Shown piece by piece: positions 63,209-64,000 of a stretch of DNA of 64,000 nt. This DNA comes from an uncultured bacterium (lineage in GTDB: Bacteria > Fidelibacterota > Marinisomatia > Marinisomatales > J089). The notes below the pieces were generated by a model that did not search any database, was not told the origin of the DNA, and worked only from the letters and a program-made list of their open reading frames with translations. The DNA is taken from NCBI GenBank assembly GCA_964535735.1, contig CAZHTM010000005.1:13017-77016 (forward strand), written 5' to 3'. The first letter of the stretch is position 1; each line of letters opens with the position of its first letter. The translations under genes were made by a program, and so were the position numbers.

Positions 63209-64000
63209 CTAAGGTAAAAAAGTTGAATGAATTTTTTTTGCTGATTGCACAGCGCTTTTGCGATATTCATCGCAGGCCCGGTCCGGCTGTCCCAATACCG
63301 TCAATACTTCTCCTTTCCAGAAATGTACACGATACATTTCCGGGATCGTTTTAATGGCCGATAAATACGCCAACGCCTGTTCCGGGTGGCCTTGATAATA
63401 ACTCAACAGCCCCAAACCAAAATTTCGATACCCCGAATAGGGGCGTTGATCCGGTAGTAACCGAAACATGGAATCCGCTTTTGTCCAATCCTCGAGATGT
63501 AAATACGTCATGGCCAACAATACTTGACCGCTCACTGACAGGGTGTCAATAGCCAAAAGTTGGTTTAAAGCTATCTGATAATGTTTTTTATCCACCAGTT
63601 TTCGCGCCAAATCTTCCTTACGCACTTTTCGCTTCGCGCTCCGGTCGTAGGATACAGTACTCGGTAGTGGAATATCATCCGGAAAATATGGATTTAGAGC
63701 CTTCGTAAGATGGGATTTTAACGTCGGAGTAAATCCCGGCATATAATTGAGGATTTCCCCTTTTGGTGACAGAATGAAGAGTGTTGGGAACACCCGAACA
63801 CCAAATTGAGCATATAATCCATGAAGGGTGTCGTCTATCCAGGGCCAGGGATGGGAACGCGTGGTATCCAACACCGTCCCTGGGAGCGGCGCCAGTATTT
63901 CCACTACCGGCATTTGTTGGCGAATTCCTTCTGGAATAAATTCATTTAGTTGATTTACAAACCGATCGGAATAGCGATGGTCCTCACGGGTGAAAACCAG
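63209..64000 (-). CDS. Thioredoxin-fold + TPR protein; 5-prime end runs off the window
   Basis: The reading frame stays open upstream of the tracked ATG (63913) to base 64000 (LVFTREDHRYSDRFVNQLNEFIPEGIRQQ...). FPTLFILSPKGEIL is thioredoxin-like, and the C-terminal half is TPR-like. Confidence 0.6.
   Translation of the reverse strand: MVFTREDHRYSDRFVNQLNEFIPEGIRQQMPVVEILAPLPGTVLDTTRSHPWPWIDDTLHGLYAQFGVRVFPTLFILSPKGEILNYMPGFTPTLKSHLTKALNPYFPDDIPLPSTVSYDRSAKRKVRKEDLARKLVDKKHYQIALNQLLAIDTLSVSGQVLLAMTYLHLEDWTKADSMFRLLPDQRPYSGYRNFGLGLLSYYQGHPEQALAYLSAIKTIPEMYRVHFWKGEVLTVLGQPDRACDEYRKSAVQSAKKIHSTFLP

Overview
The window looks like a chromosomal segment from an uncultivated, sigma-54-rich, Gram-negative-type bacterium. 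It holds no rRNA or tRNA marker, so I cannot assign a taxon. I found no CRISPR array, transposase or integrase. About 36 kb (6.0-42.4 kb) is one large type IV filament locus. (A) 6022-21233 encodes a complete T4aP-like machine: MerR-like regulator, ExeA/GspA-like ATPase, a PilM-PilN fusion with a ~450-aa acidic N-terminal extension, PilO, a PilP-like protein, secretin, PilT, a LysM/coiled-coil protein, a CheY-like receiver, PilD, an MshE-type PilB, a PilR-like sigma-54 activator, PilC, and PilA behind a sigma-54-like promoter. (B) 22331-42413 is an accessory block that I cannot map onto any described system. It contains polytopic GT-C-like membrane proteins, a Wzy_C/PglL-like O-antigen-ligase family protein, a degenerate second platform protein and a PilT+PilU pair. 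It also contains two paralogous 2-TM miniproteins, a GspG-like pseudopilin and four giant paralogous pseudopilins (537-945 aa). These giants carry internally repeated unnamed beta-rich domains, and the largest has Asp-His triplet-repeat tracts. An Hpt protein and a receiver-GGDEF protein follow at 42757-44003. The rest is housekeeping or sensory: CoA-transferase, histidine kinases (one of 1877 aa), N-domain-less ClpB, PepF and a Rieske/GltS-like operon. At 58.7-64 kb there is a CXXCH-containing sensor kinase, a sigma-54 response regulator and two tandem tetraheme c-type cytochromes. All calls come from reading the supplied translations and the DNA by eye. No searches or computations were run, and identity and composition statements are estimates.
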